A stretch of 64,000 bases of DNA from Gemmatimonadales bacterium. GTDB lineage: Bacteria > Gemmatimonadota > Gemmatimonadetes > Gemmatimonadales > GWC2-71-9. The position numbers were made by a program, and so were the translations under genes. The first letter of the stretch is position 1. Each line of letters opens with the position of its first letter. The stretch is taken from assembly GCA_037189525.1 (NCBI GenBank), contig JBBCJC010000003.1:544001-608000 (forward strand), read 5' to 3'. Shown here piece by piece: positions 61,615-64,000 of the stretch. The notes below the pieces were generated by a model. It had not been told where the DNA came from, did not search any database, and saw only the letters and a list, made by a program, of their open reading frames with translations.

Positions 61615-63378
61615 ATGACTCGTTCGTATCGGCACGTCTGTGCCGGGTTGGCGACCTTGGGGCTCCTCGCCTGTGGCGGCGGTACCGGCCCGGTCACACC
61701 GCCGCCGCCTCCACCACCTCCCCCGCCACCGCCTGCTGCCGTGGCCTCGGTCGAAATCACGGGGAACTCGACTACGCCGCTGGCCGGTGGTCAGACCCGA
61801 GCCTTGTCGGCAACCCTGCGCGATGCCGGCGGCACCGTCCTGACCGGCCGAACGGTGACCTGGAGCACCAGCAGTGAAGCGATCGCAACGGTGTCTACCG
61901 CGGGTCTGGTCACGGCCACGGGGGCCGGTACTGCCACGATTACGGCCGCCTCCGAGGGCCGGAATGGTACGGCGCAGGTGATCGTCGAGCTTGTACCGGC
62001 CGCGATCCAGCTGACGTATGGCAGTTCGTACCTGCTGCTCCAGGACACGCTGCATCTCGCCGCGCGCGTGGTGGATAACGGCGGCCGGGTCGTGCCGGGC
62101 ACGACGGTCACCTTCACGACCGGGAATTCGAGCGTGGCGAGCGTCTCGTCCACCGGGATCGTCACGGCCGACGCGCCGGGTCAGGTCGAGATCACGGCCG
62201 CAGCCGGAACGCTCACCCGAACCGCCGCGCTCACCGTCACGGCGGGCGGCGGAACCCGAGTGGGGAGTCTGGCGGCAATCGACAGCCTCGTGATCAGCGA
62301 GTTGGTCCGCACCAATATTCCGGCCGTCTCGGTCGCCATCGCGCGCAACGGTGAATTGGTCTTTGCCCGTGCCTACGGCTATGCCGACACGACGACCAAA
62401 CGGATCGCGCTGCCCGAGCAGATGTACCGGGTCGGCAGCACCTCGAAGCCGCTCACGGCCGTGGCAGCGATGCGTCTGGTACAAGAAGGAAAGCTTTCCC
62501 TCGACGATAAGCCGTTTGTGATGCTCCAGGCCGAGATTCCACTGCTTGCCGGGCAGACCGAGGATCCGCGGCTGGCGGATGTCACGCTGCGCGACCTGCT
62601 CCAGCATTCGGGCGGCTGGCACGTCGACCGCAGCATCGACGATATCATCTGGCGCGCGGTCTGGCAGGACGCGGTGATCGACCCGGCGCAGTTCTCGCGC
62701 TATGGCCGTGGCGTCGCGCTGACGACGACACCAGGTACGGCATACGCCTACACCAACTACGGATATCAGATTCTCGGCCGGCTGATCGAGAAGGCTTCCG
62801 GCCAGCCGTACGAGACGTACGTGAAGGACGCGATCCTCACCCCGGCCGGCGTGACCACGATGCGGCTCGGCCGAACTCCGCTCGCGATGCGCGATCCGCT
62901 CGAGGTCACCTGCTATACGACGTCTCCGGTCGTCACCGGATTGTACGGCACCGGGCCGTGGTGCGACGTGGTACCGGCGCAGGAGTACGCCGAAGCCTCC
63001 GGTTCCTGGGTCGCGTCGGCCACGGACATGGTTCGCTGGATGTCGGTCGTCGACGGATTCCCGGGATCCCGCGCCGACCTCCTGACCACCGCGACGATCA
63101 CGGCCATGACGGCGCGACCGACCGCCGTCTGGCCGGGAACCGGCACCTATTACGCACTTGGCTGGCAGGTGGCGACGGATGGCGCGGGATTGCGATGGTT
63201 CCATTCGGGCGCCCAGTCGGGCGGCGACGGGTTCGTGCTTCGGTTGCCTAACGGCGTGCTGATGTCCATTCTGGTGAATCGCGACCGTCCGCTGAGCGTC
63301 GTAGCCGACCAGGTCGACCAGAAGCTGGTCCCGCTGGTTCGCGCCATCACGACCTGGCCGGGCGGAACGGCGTTCTGA
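61615..63378 (+). CDS. Lipoprotein: poly-Pro linker, two Ig-like (Big_2) domains and a class C beta-lactamase-like serine hydrolase
   Basis: Lipobox LLA-C; 12 Pro; WSTSSEAIATVSTAGLVTA repeats; SxxK (STSK), LLQHSGG, YxN (YTN), HSG. Confidence 0.87.
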   Translation: MTRSYRHVCAGLATLGLLACGGGTGPVTPPPPPPPPPPPPAAVASVEITGNSTTPLAGGQTRALSATLRDAGGTVLTGRTVTWSTSSEAIATVSTAGLVTATGAGTATITAASEGRNGTAQVIVELVPAAIQLTYGSSYLLLQDTLHLAARVVDNGGRVVPGTTVTFTTGNSSVASVSSTGIVTADAPGQVEITAAAGTLTRTAALTVTAGGGTRVGSLAAIDSLVISELVRTNIPAVSVAIARNGELVFARAYGYADTTTKRIALPEQMYRVGSTSKPLTAVAAMRLVQEGKLSLDDKPFVMLQAEIPLLAGQTEDPRLADVTLRDLLQHSGGWHVDRSIDDIIWRAVWQDAVIDPAQFSRYGRGVALTTTPGTAYAYTNYGYQILGRLIEKASGQPYETYVKDAILTPAGVTTMRLGRTPLAMRDPLEVTCYTTSPVVTGLYGTGPWCDVVPAQEYAEASGSWVASATDMVRWMSVVDGFPGSRADLLTTATITAMTARPTAVWPGTGTYYALGWQVATDGAGLRWFHSGAQSGGDGFVLRLPNGVLMSILVNRDRPLSVVADQVDQKLVPLVRAITTWPGGTAF

Positions 63379-63381
63379 TCT

Positions 63382-64000
63382 ATGCGACAGACCGTACTGG
63401 AGACCACGGAACCGTCGCTCACCTGGATCGACGTGATTGCCCCGGACCGGGCCGAACTCACCGAGCTGGCCCGGGAGTTCGGTTTCCACTCCATGTCGGT
63501 GGAGGATTGCCTCGATCCCTGGCACCTGCCCAAGGTCGAGCGGATGGGCGACACCACGTTTCTCATCCTGCGGGTCTTCGACTCCAACAGCCCACCAACC
63601 GGCGGGACCATCCAGGACATCACCCGGAAGATCGCCATCTACTATCGGGCGGGTCTGGTCATCACGATCCACCGGGTCGACCTGCCGGCCGTCCATGCGG
63701 CGCGCGATCAGTTTTCGCATTGGTCGGGCGCCGGGACGCTGCACGAGACCCGGATCCTCGGGTTCATCATCAATGCCGCGCTCGATTCCTTCGAGGCCCC
63801 GCTCGACGTCGCCGAACGGACGGTGGATTCGTGCGAGGATGCCCTGATGAACCAGCACATGCCGACGCCCGATCTGCAGACGGTCCATGAGGTCAAACGG
63901 CGGGTTGGGCTGATCAAGCGGCTGCTCTGGCAGACCAACTCGGTCATCCAGCGTCTGGTACCGGTGCAGGAGCGGAGCGGGGCAGTGTTTCAGGACGTCA
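63382..64000 (+). CDS. corA: CorA-family divalent cation transporter (3'-truncated by window)
   Basis: Not in the ORF track; translates MRQTVLE...WIDVIAPDRAELTELAREFGFHSMSVEDCLDPWHLPKVE, a typical CorA N-terminus. Confidence 0.8.
   Translation, partial: MRQTVLETTEPSLTWIDVIAPDRAELTELAREFGFHSMSVEDCLDPWHLPKVERMGDTTFLILRVFDSNSPPTGGTIQDITRKIAIYYRAGLVITIHRVDLPAVHAARDQFSHWSGAGTLHETRILGFIINAALDSFEAPLDVAERTVDSCEDALMNQHMPTPDLQTVHEVKRRVGLIKRLLWQTNSVIQRLVPVQERSGAVFQDV

Noticed and set aside
60583..63888. Very long antisense ORFs (1101 aa here; also 52990-55872, 39930-42080, 2831-4645, 18038-19633)
   Set aside because: They mirror well-supported genes on the opposite strand, lack motifs, and are expected from high-GC codon bias.

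Overview
A high-GC bacterial chromosome segment, mostly core genome. The lineage is probably Gemmatimonadota, inferred from gene order and protein style and not verified. Contents in order: folD(partial)-xseAB-ispA-dxs-nadK-recN; a secreted hypothetical protein and tRNA-Leu(UAA); a small basic KGG-repeat protein; an HmuY-like lipoprotein plus TonB-dependent receptor; LOG-PPK2; two pilin-like genes; aroA-cmk-rpsA; an acyl-CoA carboxylase operon with an embedded RlmD-like methyltransferase; rplM-rpsI-(t44 leader)-rpsB-tsf-pyrH-frr-uppS-cdsA-dxr; an aromatic-amino-acid cassette; rseP, hemH, a microprotein-MFS pair and a Tat-signal SDR; rpsO-pnp-M16 peptidase-ald-dut; mreBCD-mrdA-rodA; accD-folC; hisS-proS-lysA-guaA; SDR, PTS IIA, DoxX, dusB, an Ig-domain serine hydrolase and corA(partial). 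The standout is at 31965-33940. A 31-codon, apparently leaderless leader peptide with 4 Phe and 4 Tyr codons is followed by a full protector/antiterminator/terminator structure. It precedes DAHP synthase, prephenate dehydratase and AroH chorismate mutase, none of which carries an allosteric ACT domain. The cassette sits between dxr and rseP. I saw no transposase, integrase, prophage or CRISPR array. Start codons were chosen by eye and gene calls rest on recognised motifs, not database searches.
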